A DNA stretch of 64,000 nucleotides from Eledone cirrhosa (lineage: Eukaryota): the NCBI GenBank assembly GCA_964016885.1, contig OZ024742.1:140554001-140618000 (forward strand), written 5' to 3'. Numbering within the stretch: the first letter of the stretch is position 1; every line of letters begins with the position of its first letter. The position numbers and the translations under genes were made by a program. Below are positions 50,809 through 63,722 of the stretch, one piece after another. The notes beneath the pieces were generated by a model that saw only the letters and a list, made by a program, of their open reading frames with translations, ran no database searches and had not been told where the DNA came from.

Positions 50809-53237
50809 CTAGAAAAAAAATTCAAAATAAATTGAAAATAAAAGTGGTATTTGAAAAGAAACAGACTACAAGTGAAAAGATAAAAAAAAGCTAAAGTGGA
50901 TTAATAATATAAATAAGAATAATTCAATTCATTGGGGAAAAACCATTCATAAATAAAGGTGAAAATTTGAAAAACCTTTTTAATATTTCAAACAAGATCA
51001 CAAACAGTCAAATAGTGGAGAGAGAAAAACAATACAATATTTAGTAAACTAGCAGAATCTGATGAAAAGATAAGTACAAGAGAGTACTGAAAAGTTTTTG
51101 ACTTAAAGATATTTCTTAATTTCATTTTCAGCACCCACCTTGTATATACGGGTCAGGGGAATTGGGTTAAGCCTTGAACTTTTCAACACTACTTTTGAAT
51201 CCCACAACTAGACGTTTGACTATCCATTAGTAGGCTTGAGAAATGCTCGGCGTTGCCGGACATCAAGGAACATAAATGCGTGGAAAGTAACAATTTATTG
51301 TTTTCAATTCTGGTACTTCTTTAATTGATTTTTATTATCAAACTGCTAATTAACGGAATATATACATAGACACATTCACAAACGTAAACAGACAGGGTTA
51401 CACGCGCATAGAGACACATATATATAAGGCAGGCTTCTGTAATTTCCATCTACCAAATTCCACTCAGAAGAATTTGGTCACACTGAGACTATAGCAGAAG
51501 ACTTTTGCCCAAGGTAGCGTGCAACAGGACTGAACCCAAAACTACGTTGTTGCGAAGTAAACTCCTTAACCACACAGCCAATTCTGCCCCCACACAGCCA
51601 ATTCTGCCCAGACACACACAGATACATACGTACGTACATACCTATGAATATATTTATGTTTATAAAATATTTCATTAATGCTGAAAAAATACTTTTCATG
51701 AAAACAAGCAAAAACTTGACGTAAAGGGATAATATAAAAAGTGTTGTTACACCCACATTTACATAAATCTCATAATCTTACATAAAACTTGTTTTAAGAC
51801 CAATATTTCATGATAATAAAAGGTCCGACTGCCTTTGCAACTATTTATATTTATAATATATTATAAATAACAAATCAATTGAAACATCAACTGGATGGAG
51901 TGATGTTACTATCATAGGTGTAAGATATATCTATGGTGTTTATTTTTGTTTCGGTAAAATTGCCTGAATTTATTATATTTTGTATTTATGTACAACGGGT
52001 TGTCTCTTCTATAAGTTTATATAAAGAATGAAAACTATATAATATCAATAAAAGAATTAGAAAATAAAATTAAGAGTTCTTTAATTCAATATAAACGGCA
52101 ATATCATTGCTTTGTCGACATAAACAATAATTGTGGAGGAAGATACAAGTATGACAAAAGAGGTGATTTAAAGTCACTAAACGTAGAGTGAATAAATAAG
52201 GAGAGATAGAAATGAACTAACCTGCTCCATGGGAGTTTTGTGGTATCTGAGCAAACATTGTCCCCTCCAAAAACTAATAGGAGGAAGACAAGACGAACGA
52301 ACAAACTAAGACAGGAAAAGACAGTCTGGACCAAATAGTTCCAAGAACGATAAATCTGGATTGCTTAAAATCTAACGATGAATCACAATAACTACAGTGG
52401 CACTTACGTGCAATAATATCGGTCTTTTACAGCTAACTCTAGCCTTATTATGCGTGGCCAATTGTCGCACTTGATGGTCGTTTTTGTTTCTTCTTCCCCT
52501 TTTTGTGTATATTTGATATATTTTTGTGTATTATATTTGTGAGGTTCCTAGCAATAATTTGTGCTTATATTTAAAACTGTATTTAACATCTAGTTATAAA
52601 TAAAATATAAAGATATGCTTTATATAATACTCTAAAGAATTGTTGTATAAACAATTATAACAGTTACGTTTGTTGTTTTATGGCGAAATAGAAAATAATT
52701 TGCTGTCTAATTAAGGTTCACAACAATAACCCAGAAATGTTAAAAGTGAAATTACTCAACTGTAGAGTGTCCTAGAAAGGATCAACAAATGGGTCATGCC
52801 AACCTTGTCTCTTTCAACACGAAAAAACATTATCAGACCTCAACTCCTTTAAATATGAATAACTCCCGCGATCCGTTCGAATGGAGAAACCCTCAAAGAG
52901 AAAATAACGCCTTTAACATAACTGACTCTTCTTCTATGACCAGAAAATACCCCCCCCCCTCAACAAAGCCAAGGTCAGACTTACTATAGTGCATTGCTCC
53001 CACATCTGGGACGGTACACTACCTCTTCCCTATACGTCTTCAATCGTTACTACAATGGTGGTTAGCTGAACTCATGTCACTTCCACTCGGGCACTCATGA
53101 TTCACTTACTTATCCCTCTGGAATTCCTTCTCTGCTCATGTCTTTCCGAAAGGATTGGATCTGCAACAGAACACTAACGACATCCATCTCTCCGGTCGCA
53201 GAGGAGCTGTGGGGATTGTCCCTTCCTGAAGACTTAC

Positions 53238-53259
53238 CAAGTAGAATAATATCGAACAT
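53238..53259 (-). CDS. VPS28: Candidate first coding exon of VPS28
   Basis: ATG TTC GAT ATT ATT CTA CTT G|gtaagt: phase-1 donor matching the next exon (gives [14 protein letters not shown]); little homology support. Confidence 0.35.
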
Positions 53260-54104
53260 GTATCACATACCAATTCAATATAATTTTTAAAAATCTGCAT
53301 GACTATAAAATTTCTGTGAATTTTTATTGCATTTTAAATATGTATTAAACGAAAAAGAAAACAGTATTTACTTTCCGATATAGCAATAAAACTGAAGGGA
53401 GTTAAGTTATGTAAACACTTCGTTATTATACAAGTACTCGTAGCAATAATAAAAATTGAACATTTGAAGCCTGGAAATTACGTATGTTAAGTGAGGAAAA
53501 CAATGTTTTTGCACGTACTTCATGACGCTTTAGGGTATCCATACAATAAGAAACTAATAGTTAGCATACATTTACTTGCGTTTCCGTTCAAATTACATAG
53601 GTATGTGTATAATAAAGTTAGGTACTAAACCCTCAAACCGAACATATTAGTAAATACTTAGGATTTTAGATATTTTAGTTCAGAATTAGAAACTTCTATT
53701 ATAATTTCATTAAAATCAATAATCCATTATAGGAATATAAATCTGTCCTTGTACTCGACTAATTTTGTTATCGACTACAGAAAGATGAAAAACAAAACTG
53801 ATCTCCACCGAACGTAACAAAATACAGCAAGTATGCTCTTACGATTCAGAGAATCATTAATAACTAAATTTTTTTTTAAGAATAAATTTTTTGAAAATAA
53901 ATCCAGCTTTTTTTATCAATTTATTATTTCCTTTTCATGAAAATTAAATGCCTAGCTTTGAATTTCATTTTTCGTTTCGTTTTAAATCTGTATTTTTCCC
54001 TTTCAACTATTTCGGTTCATAACAATTTTCCACTGCTAAATTTATAACTCACCTACTAAAAACAAAATAAATCTACAGCTGACTCATGTTAACTTACCTG
54101 GAAG
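53260..54104. promoter_or_regulatory. Probable bidirectional promoter region VPS28/CIB
   Basis: Lies between divergently oriented 5' ends; CpG visibly more frequent than in gene bodies. Confidence 0.5.
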
Positions 54105-54155
54105 ATGGGTCTATTAAGTAGTGTGTTGACGAAAAAAGATCTGGATGAATACCAG
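54105..54155 (+). CDS. CIB1: CIB exon 1
   Basis: gaagATGG...TACCAG|gtttga; MGLLSS...LDEYQ. Confidence 0.88.
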
Positions 54156-57100
54156 GTTTGAGAAAACATTTTATAATATGGTTTCTAATTTAGCCAGAAG
54201 GATATTAATTTTGTGGGAGAGGAAAGTCGATTAAATCGACTTAAGTACTTTATTTTTTTGTGTTTTGATTTTATTTTTTTTGTCATTTGTATTATCATAT
54301 AACAAATATATAAGATTAAATGGAAGTACATACATATAACCAGTTAATTATAAATATAATACACAAAAAATACTTGATTAGTATTTTATTGTATCGTCCC
54401 CAGAAGGATGAAAGGTAAAATTAACCTAGGCTGGATTTGAGCTCAACTTAAAGAGACGTAACTAAATACATTATGTCAGACGTCACACAATAACTTGATA
54501 TTACGAATATCACCATTCGCATTCTTATGTTAATCTATAAAAAGTGCTCGAAAAGTTTTAGTACACTAGACAACTGTTGTTGTTTAGTCATGGTGGAAAT
54601 GGGAATTAGGAACTAAGAATACGCTTATGCTGAGATGTAAGGATGACAGTTAGAGCCCCTCCACCACTTGGGACACTAAACAGTAGGAGGACGTCATACC
54701 CCATTTCCATCATTGGATCAAAGAAGTTCTATCATGGATTTAGGACTATTATTTAATGCAGTCTTCCATCTTTTCTCTTTCTTTTTTTTTTTAAATATAA
54801 GACTTTAGTATGTGATATAAAGAAAATTTGGCTGTTGTCACTAGTAGTAAATAGGTCGAGCAACCACGAATAATGACTATATTGTCGCACTTGGTGGTGA
54901 TCGGCTTTGTTTTCTTTCTCTCGCTTTGATCATATATTTAATTAATTGTATTTATATATGTTTATATTTTCACTCCGAAAGAATTGTGAACAATTGTAAT
55001 GTTATTTATACAACTGTGAATAAAAGTTAATATAAATGACTAAATGTTATACGCATAGATACTGCTGCACCCAAGTATTTAGTATTGAATTTAATTTGAC
55101 TCAAATATTTAGGTACTATATTTAAGGAGTGAAATTAGAGATAATTCGGTAGGTTAATGGTTCAAATATATATAATATTTGTTTCAGTTTGCAACAAATA
55201 TATAATTCTAAACCCGGAACACTCGAACCTTTTCGACCATCGACGCCTAAATAGAATATAACGAAAATAGACAACAAAGACTTATTGTAAATAAACCAGA
55301 AACATATATAAGGATGTTATATTTTATTATATTATTTTATGTATTTTCATTTCTTTTAGCCCCAAAGTTTAATCGACCCCCGGGCTCAACATCGACTACT
55401 TTGGGCACTCCTGACCTTAACCTTCATCCGAATTACTACCCCTAATTCATATAACGTTTCTTCCCTTCTTAGCTCACTTATTCATGAGAGGGTCGTGGGC
55501 GCAGTCTTCAAACTTCCAGCGGGTTCTGTCAGAAGCAACCGTCTCCAACTGATCTGGCTGATCCCCAAGCAAGTCCAGCCAAGCTCATGGATGTTATCCA
55601 ACCATCTTGTTTGGGGTTTACCCTGGGTCTCCTGTCGGTTTGTTTTGTCCGTAAAATCTGTCCAGAGATTCTTTCCTGAAACATTCTAACCACATGCTCA
55701 TAGTATCGGGGCTGCGATCTCTCAATTCGGAGAAGTAGCGGCTCTACCTGGAGTGACTCTCTGATCTCTGAGCTACGCACTCTATCAAGTAACGTTACTC
55801 CAAAGGCCCTTCGGAGGGACCCTATTTCGGCCGCTTGTATTTGAGATCGTATTCTTTCGGTCATTACCCAAGATTTATGACCATAGGTAAGGGTTGGCAC
55901 GAATACCGAATTGAAGATAGCAAGTTTGGCTTTTAAACCTATCTCCCTTCATCTGATTACCGAATGCTGAAGCTGGCGCATTAGTGCACCAACTCCTGCA
56001 ATTCTTGCATTTAATTCAGCATCCTGCCTTCCATCATTTGTGAACCCGGCTCCGAGATATTTGAATTCTCCACCTGCTTCAGTGGAACCCTCGTTAGGAA
56101 GGAGGATTTGCTTCTTGAAGCTTAGGCTGAAAGATAGGTCTCTGTGGTGGTGCAATTTGAAATACTAGTAAATAACAAAGATATTTAGGATACCACAGCT
56201 TAAAATATATTACATCTGGAGTTAGTTCATTGATAACAGTTTTAAAAGAACTATTTTAAGGAAACACAGCCATGGTACTTAGATTTCAATCACTTTATAA
56301 GTTGGCTTTTTTGACAATAGATCTCGAAATAAGAATACGAAAATATCTCGTATATTATTTGGGGCTAGGGTTAGAACTAAACTTCGTCGGGGTTTAAATT
56401 AAGGTTCCTTTGTCTATTCGAGGGTGTGAGCTGTGCATCCGAAATGAATCCGGTGAAATGTTTTTTTTTTGTTGGTTTTTTAAAGAACTGTCAACACTGA
56501 AATATTGTTTAACAAATTCATTATCAATATACACGCACTTATAATAATGAAATTATTGTGTACAATGCTCAGGTGCGCTACAACTCATCAAAGGTGCATG
56601 TATAATACATAGAATAATGTACAAATTTCAGGAAAGTGAACAGTATATGGAGCGGGGATATCAGGTGTAGTGTTGGCCAATTTCAGATAAATGTGCTCTT
56701 GACTAGTTGTATACACAAAATATTAATAAATTGATCGATATATTTAATGCTAAAGGACTGATTCAGATTAATAATATTGCAGGATGTGATTTACATGTGC
56801 GTATATGTAAATAAGTGAAAGACTTTTATGTATTTATGAAGACAAAATATTTACAATAGACACACCCTTTCGAGTTTTTTCGTCAGAATACCACAGTGGG
56901 GCGTAAAACATTTCTAAATATTGAATATTGTTCTTTCTTTTAATCTTTTCTTGTTAATTATCTACTTCAAAACTTGTGTGTATAACTTCTTAGTTGGCTC
57001 CAATTCATTTTGAAATGTGTGTTTTGAAAGTACACACCCATCATTTGTAGTACCAATTATTCTTTTATGTAATTATTTCATTGGATAATCAATGTCCATC

Positions 57101-60100
57101 TGTGCATCCATTGTCTTAATAGTTTAATATAATATAATAAATATTATTCAGATTTCAGAGAAGCTTCGTGATAAGTCATGTTGAAAAGTAAACAAAGGAA
57201 GTTATAGATTACTTGTAAATATCTATCACAATATGATTTTAATGAGTAAATACGTTATTATTTTACATTTTAAACATTTAAGTCCTGCAAAAAAAAAAAA
57301 GAAGAGTGTTTCTGGTTCATCTCAACGGCCTAATGGTTAGGTCGTAGGTTCTATCCCTGGACCATGTGGCAAGTTGTTTTCTTGGGCAATGCACTCGGTG
57401 GACTGGCAAAATTGGTAGAGCATCGGACAACTTGCTTTGCAGCATAGAGTTATGGTCCTTTACGTTCTGAGTTCAAATCCCGCCGAGGTTAACTTTGCCT
57501 TTCATCCTTACGGGGTCGATAAAATAAAGTAGCAGTAATGCACTGGATAATTGCTGCCAAAATCAGAAACAATTATTTCTATATCCCGCCGAGGTTGACT
57601 TTGCCTTTCATCCTTACGGGGTCGATAAAATAAAGTACCAGTAATGCACTGGGTAATTGCTGGCCTTGTGCCTAAAGTAGAAACAATTATTTCTATTCAC
57701 GCTGATGAAAATGAATATCAGCAGCAGCTGGGGTTAACCTTGCAATATTCTGACTTCCCATCTCTCTGTTGCTTAATGCCATATGTATGAATCTGGGAAA
57801 ATCTCTGAGTTCCATCCAACGCAGGCCAGTATGGAAAAACAGACGTAAAACCAATGATTATGTATTTTCCTAATGTGTAAATTAGATAAAAACATGTAAA
57901 TTATTATACATAGAGACATTGGATATATAAAACTGTCATTTTAATTTCAGCAACTGACATATTTCACTCAACAAGAAATCTTACAGTAAGTTGAAGAATT
58001 TCTATTTAATTAATATGTGTACTGTTATCTATTAAATCCTAACCATAACCATTAGGGAAGAAGGGCTATTTTTTTTGCATTTTTCAAAATGTTACATGGC
58101 ATAGCTGTCTGGTAATCTCTTACCTTAGGTCAGGCATGGGCAACCTTTTTTGAGCAGTGGGCCACACAGGTATACCATTCAGAAAGCCAAATGGGCTGCA
58201 GTTTGCCCATGACTGCCTTAGGTGGCCCTTGTTGGTCTTCTCTCTATATGCACAATCTGAGAATCCCACTTACCCAAACTTTGGCCAGAAATTAGAGTTT
58301 TGAGACCATAAGAAAGGGCCTAAATTGATCCCTTCCATTAATGCGATGTCACTACACCATTTTACTTCTAGTCTGTGATTCACTACCTCACAGTAACCAT
58401 GTTGCTGCAGGTTTGATGTTACTTTGCACCACCTTGGTGAAGTATCTTCTTCTGAAGCCTCAAGTTGACCAATGTCTTGTGAGTGAAATTTCTAAGATGG
58501 CAGCTCATCCTGTGTGTGCATATCCCTTTATTTAAAAAAAATCAGCCTTTTGATAAAAATAAGTACCAGACTAAAATAGGCAGAAGGAGCAATGTAATCA
58601 ACTAAAACTCTTAAACGTGGTGCCCCAGCATAGACTCATTTCATCATCAATTTTACATCTGCTTTTCTATGCTTGATTTATTTGATCCCTCTCCAGTAAG
58701 CTTCTATATATATATGTTTCTTCATCATCTGTGAGGTTCTGTACCCTGAGATCCAGGGCCAGATTTAGACCTTGTGGGGCCTGCGACAGTTAAGGTTTGG
58801 TGGGCACCTCTTATAACAAGCACTTTAAGACCATTTTCCTTGCCAAAGGTTGGCCTTGCAGGGTCCATGACAAGCTTCTACACTTTGCCATATTGACTGC
58901 ATTCTCCCCCAACAATACTCTAGCTTTCATCTCCTCCACCATCATCCCCAATCATATATTTTTTGGTCTTCCCCTTTTTCTACCTCCCTCCTCATTCATT
59001 TCCATCACTCTTCTCACCCACTCACTTTCATCCTTTGTCTACACATGACCCAACCATCTCATTTCATTTCTCTGCACAACATCCATCACTGGCTCTATTC
59101 CCATCATTCTCCCAATTCATTATTTATCCCCTCTCTGAGCAATAGTCCATTCATCCATCATACCATTTTTATTTTTGCTCTTTCCATCCTTCTCTGCTGC
59201 TCCACATTCTAGGTGATGAACGTATATCACCCATGTCTTGCTCCCATAAATCATGGCAACAGAACCCCTTTCTAGCTCTGTTCTTAAAAAAAGTACCAGG
59301 GGATTCTGTTTGAATAGAGGGGCCCAAGGCATTCACATCCTCCACTCATTGATAAATCCAGCCCTGCTAAGATCAACTCTCACTCTTCTGCCTAAATCTT
59401 TCCCTCTCTCAGTTGTCTTCTACATGGAATTCCTGTCAATTCTTCTCTCAATAATCATCATCCCTACTCATCAAATGTCCATTTAATAATAATCTCTCTC
59501 TTACACATTACCTCTGATACCTTTTTTTCCCTTCATCTTACCTGTATTTCTTCTTTCATTTCAATTACTGAAACCAATAAAAGAGTTTACCTATTTCAAC
59601 CGTCTGTATATTTAACTTGTGTATAGTGTATTTTAAGTTGTATTGGTGGCGTGGAGAGGGGAAACAGGTATGCATGGGCAACTGCTGGTCTTCCACAAAC
59701 AACCTTGCCTGGACTTGTGCCTAGGAGGGGGAACTTTCTAGGTGCAAATCCTATGGTCATTCATGGCCAAAGGGGGTCTTTACTGGCATTAAATATATTA
59801 AGTATAAACTATATATTTATATTTAAAACTTATATTTATCAATTTTTATCTGTCTAATATTGCAGGGCTTTCAGAGTGTTTAGATCTTTAGATAAGGAAG
59901 AAGTAAAAACACATGAACTCCAAGCTAAAATTCCTTTCTCCAAAATTATGGAGCTTCCTGTACTAAGAGTAAGTGATTTTTTTCTCAATGTATATTTATA
60001 CTAAATATAAGAGTCAGTCTAATCAGATCAGGACAGAGTTGAGCATGGGCCTACACTCTGCAAGTTACAATCTTTTAAGTATATAATGTAAACTACATGT

Positions 60101-63100
60101 ACATGTTAATGTAGCGAAATCTGTCCACGCCTTGAACCCTGGGTGACACCTAATAGTTAAATTCTAGGTCACCATCCTTTTCGGCGTGGACAGGTGCATG
60201 CGTGGGCAATCCCTCAAGGCGGGAGACAGAAAGCGACAGGTATATAAAGCCTGTATCATCCCACGTTTGAGACAGAGAGATCGGAGCAGTATGCAATAGA
60301 CAAGCTATGTAAAGATTCACTGCTACCTACAGGCCGCTAAGGTCTACAGACAACCATAGACCATTACTCCCTCTCTCTCCTGATCTCAGACTACGCCAGT
60401 CTCATGAACCAACAACAAAATAACATCGTCAACCTTCGCAACCAGTGGTAACTTGTTTATTGTTCTTTTTGACTGAAGTGAAATAAACCTTTTCATATAT
60501 AAAGTAAATCAGCTATTCTTGTTATTCATTTAACAACCATCACTAATACCCTTCGTTACATATATACCATACTTAAATCATATATATTTAACACTGATTA
60601 CTCAAGTAATTAATGAGCAGTTTAAAAAGGAGCCTACATTTCAGATTTAATGAAGGCCTATTAACAGCTTTGGGTCATACATTTTGTATCTGGCTTGAGT
60701 TTATTACCAGCTTTCTAAGAGCCTGAGTGTATCTCTGTAATAATAATGTAAGACAGTGAACTGGCAGTCATTAGAGCTTCTGACTAAATACTTTGCAGTA
60801 TTTCTTCCAGTTAATTCCAACCAGACCACCTTTGCTTTTCATCCTTTCTGGGTCAATGAATAAACAAACTAACCACCCCAAATGTCTTCTGGTATCTGTC
60901 CCAGCTATGTGTGTTCTGAGTTCAAATCCTCTCTCCTATTACCAGTAAAATGGTGATATAATAGAACAGGGGCCTCTATTATTAAAGCACATACAAAAAA
61001 AAAACTATTATAAGATTTGGACTCATAGGAAACTGACTAAACCTATGCAGGTGTCAACTGTAAAGGTAGAAAACTTTACTTTGCATTAAATATCAGAGAA
61101 TAATTATTTTACATTTATTAATATGAAATCTTTTTACAATATTTGTTTCTACTTTAGGCACAAGGCCAGCAATTATCCAGTGCCTTACTGGTACTTTATG
61201 TTATCGACCCCGTAAGGATGAAAGGCAAAGTCAACCTCGGCGGGATTCTTTTTACAATATTGCTCTTCAGTACATTAAGGATATGACTACCTCTGTAGGG
61301 CTAATACCATGATAAAATGCACCCTGTACACTATAAATTTGCTTGTTGTCCTTTCAGGCATGGTTAAGTTCATTTCACAATCACATAATTTAGGGTTTGG
61401 TCAACCGATGTTTTGTGAGTGTAATTGGTAATGTTTATATGTGTGTTTGTCTCTTCTCTTTGCATCTAATATCACTAGTGCAGGCAGTGATATTTGTTTA
61501 TGTTCTGCATAAACAGAAGCCCTGAAGCTCAGCAGTTTGGCATGCAAAGAACTGCATCTTACTTGCAGAAAGGGCATCATGATTGTAGAAGTTTGTCTTC
61601 AAAATGTCTCATCCAACCTGTGTCAGCATTGAAAGATGAATGGAAAACCAATGAAGATGCATACAATTAAAAACATTTTTTCTTTAGATGAATCCTTTCC
61701 GTGATCGTATCTGTAAAGTTTTTTCCTCAACTACTGATGAACATATGGATTTTGATGACTTTCTACATATGATGTCTGTATTCAGTGACAAAGCACCAAA
61801 GGACTTGAAAGCTCACTATGCATTTAATATCTATGGTATGTTATAATCTACTTTTACTTTTCAACACTGATAGATTTCACCCTTTAGGTACCAAACTACT
61901 CTTGCTTTTACAACACAAAACTGTTTATTTTCAAGTGTTTATATTTATATAACAAACTTCCATCATAATCCTATATAAGAACTTTTGTTAAATTGTTTAA
62001 AACCCCAGCTTAATAATGAGTAAATTAGTTACATTAGCAATACATCCAAAGTCTTGATTTATATTCAAAATTATTTGAAAATCATAGGATTATGGTAATG
62101 AAAGGATTAATCTGTGGTCCAGTTTAAAGCCATCAGTTTTTTGTTAATTCCAGATTGTTGAGATGAGGAAGGGAGCGCTTTTTAACATTAATTTTGGAAG
62201 AGTGGCCTCATTATTTTCATGGCAGTATCGGTAGAGGGTCGGACGCCATGCTTTGATGCATAGTTGCGGCCCTTGCCATTCTGAGTTCAAATCCCGCCGA
62301 GGTTAACTTTAACTTTCATCCTTACAGGGCCGATAAAATAAAGTACCAGTAATGCACTGGGTAATTGTTGGCCTTGTGCCAAAAGTAGAAACAATTATTT
62401 TCACACAATATAGCATAGGTAAATTGGCATTCATTGTCAGATAGAATACCTTCTGCTAATTGTTCTAGCTCTCACCAAGCTCAACATTACCTTTCATCTG
62501 TTCAGGACCAGAGTTGATAAAATAAAGTACTAGTCCATGGCAGTGTCTTGGCAGAATTGTAAGGGCAGCAGATGAAATGCCTTGTGGTATCTGGTCTGGC
62601 ACTGAGATCAGATTAATAAGTGGGGGCAATTGTTTGAGACCCGAGAGTATGTTAAATTCCTTTTATTCCAGATTTTAATGATAATGAAAGCATTTCTGAA
62701 AGTGACCTTTATGATGTTCTGGATCGACTGACAACTGGTTTTCAAAGGAACACAGAGAGATTGCTAGAAAATGATAAAAAGAAAATTATTGCAGAAGTAA
62801 GTTAACTCTTTACCAGGCCGTATCTGGCCAGAATTCTCTCACCTCTTTCTGTTCAAACTGGCTGTAACCAGCTGCTCATACTGATGTTAATGTATTGTTC
62901 TCAAAATAAATAATATAAAAATTTCATAGATTCAATATTATGTGAAGTAAAGCCTTTACCATGAAAATATAATAGTAAATATAGAGTAATGTAAATGCTA
63001 AAGGGTTAATATAATTTATTTAACCCTTTCCTTATCACATAGTTTTGACTAAACTGTTTATATTTATCTATGTTAATAATATCACTTTGGTTATCTAGAA

Positions 63101-63722
63101 TTTTAACATTCTTACTTGGAAGACCAGGAAGAAGGGACAGTGCCCATGACCTTCGGATAGCGAAGAGATTGATATTAATGATCTGCTTAAACTGTTGCAT
63201 ATCTACTCCTTTTGGAAAGGCATGAGCAAGGAGGGAGTTTCAGAAAACTGATGATTTGAGCATAGTGTATGTCCTAGTGCTTTATTGAATGTGGCATGAG
63301 ACTAGCAAGCTCCGTGAACTGCAAATTTGTAATAACAGTTTCTAATTTAGGTATAAGACCATAACAATTTCAGAGAAGTTGATTAAATTGACTCTGATAC
63401 TTAACTGATACTTTATTTTATTGACCCCAGAAGGATGGAAGGCAAAGTTCACATTGGCAGGATTTGAACTCAGAACATAAAGAGTGAGAACAAATACACA
63501 AAACATTTTGTTTGATTCTTTAATGGCTTTGCCAATTTACTGCCCAAATATATAATAATTAAAAATTACTGCAAAATATACATCAAAATTAAACAACAAT
63601 GCTTCTTCATATTATTATATATTTGTTAAACAGATCATGAAAGTTGGTGATCTTGATTGTGATAATGAACTTAGCTTCTCTGAATTCTGCCACATCATCG
63701 ATAAATCTCCAGATTTTATAAG
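54105..63722 (+). CDS. CIB1: Calcium- and integrin-binding protein family member (CIB1-like), 3'-partial spliced gene
   Basis: join(54105-54155,57951-57985,59866-59968,61688-61835,62672-62796,63634-63722). Translation MGLLSSVLTKKDLDEYQ/QLTYFTQQEILQ/AFRVFRSLDKEEVKTHELQAKIPFSKIMELPVLR/MNPFRDRICKVFSSTTDEHMDFDDFLHMMSVFSDKAPKDLKAHYAFNIY/DFNDNESISESDLYDVLDRLTTGFQRNTERLLENDKKKIIAE/IMKVGDLDCDNELSFSEFCHIIDKSPDFI. Has an MGxxxS myristoylation motif, NPFxxRIC, KxxYAFxIYD and two EF-hand loops. Paralog assignment (CIB1 vs CIB2/3) is uncertain. Confidence 0.92.
55450..56105 (-). mobile_element. Expander/Rex3-like RTE LINE 3' fragment
   Basis: FKYLGAGFTNDGRQDAELNARI, PTLTYGHKSWVMTERIRSQIQAAE, VEPLLLRIERSQ; older copies at 41210-41480 and 48770-49100. 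Confidence 0.85.
57951..57985 (+). CDS. CIB1: CIB exon 2 (35 nt)
   Basis: tttcag|CAACTGACATATTTC...TTACA|gtaagt; LTYFTQQEIL. Confidence 0.9.
58131..58215. mobile_element. 85-bp hAT-type MITE
   Basis: TIR CAGGCATGGGCAA / TTGCCCATGACTG; perfect 8-bp TSD CCTTAGGT. Confidence 0.85.
58754..59366. mobile_element. hAT-type non-autonomous element with internal RTE fragment
   Basis: TIR CAGGGCCAGATTTA / TAAATCCAGCCCTG; 8-bp TSD CTGAGATC/CTAAGATC. Confidence 0.75.
59866..59968 (+). CDS. CIB1: CIB exon 3
   Basis: ttgcag|G GCT TTC...CTA AGA|gtaagt. Confidence 0.88.
60110..60560 (+). mobile_element. Solo LTR (451 bp)
   Basis: TGTAGCGAA...TTCGTTACA inverted termini, TATATAAA at 60241, AATAAA at 60482, GC-richer than flanks; TSD imperfect. 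Confidence 0.7.
61688..61835 (+). CDS. CIB1: CIB exon 4
   Basis: ctttag|ATG AAT CCT TTC...TAT G|gtatgt; NPFRDRICKVFS. Confidence 0.94.
62672..62796 (+). CDS. CIB1: CIB exon 5 (EF-hand 3)
   Basis: ttccag|AT TTT AAT GAT...GCA GAA|gtaagt. Confidence 0.92.
62806..63005 (+). mobile_element. TTAA-flanked (piggyBac-like) MITE
   Basis: TTAA on both sides, ends ...GCTAAAGGG; matches copies at 19599 and 36826. Confidence 0.78.
63634..63722 (+). CDS. CIB1: CIB exon 6 (EF-hand 4)
   Basis: aaacag|ATC ATG...ATA AG|gtaagt; DLDCDNELSFSEF...SPDF. Confidence 0.93.

Noticed and set aside
56855-56895. Minus-strand CTGACGA...GAAA...GTC
   Set aside because: Stems I and II are unpaired.
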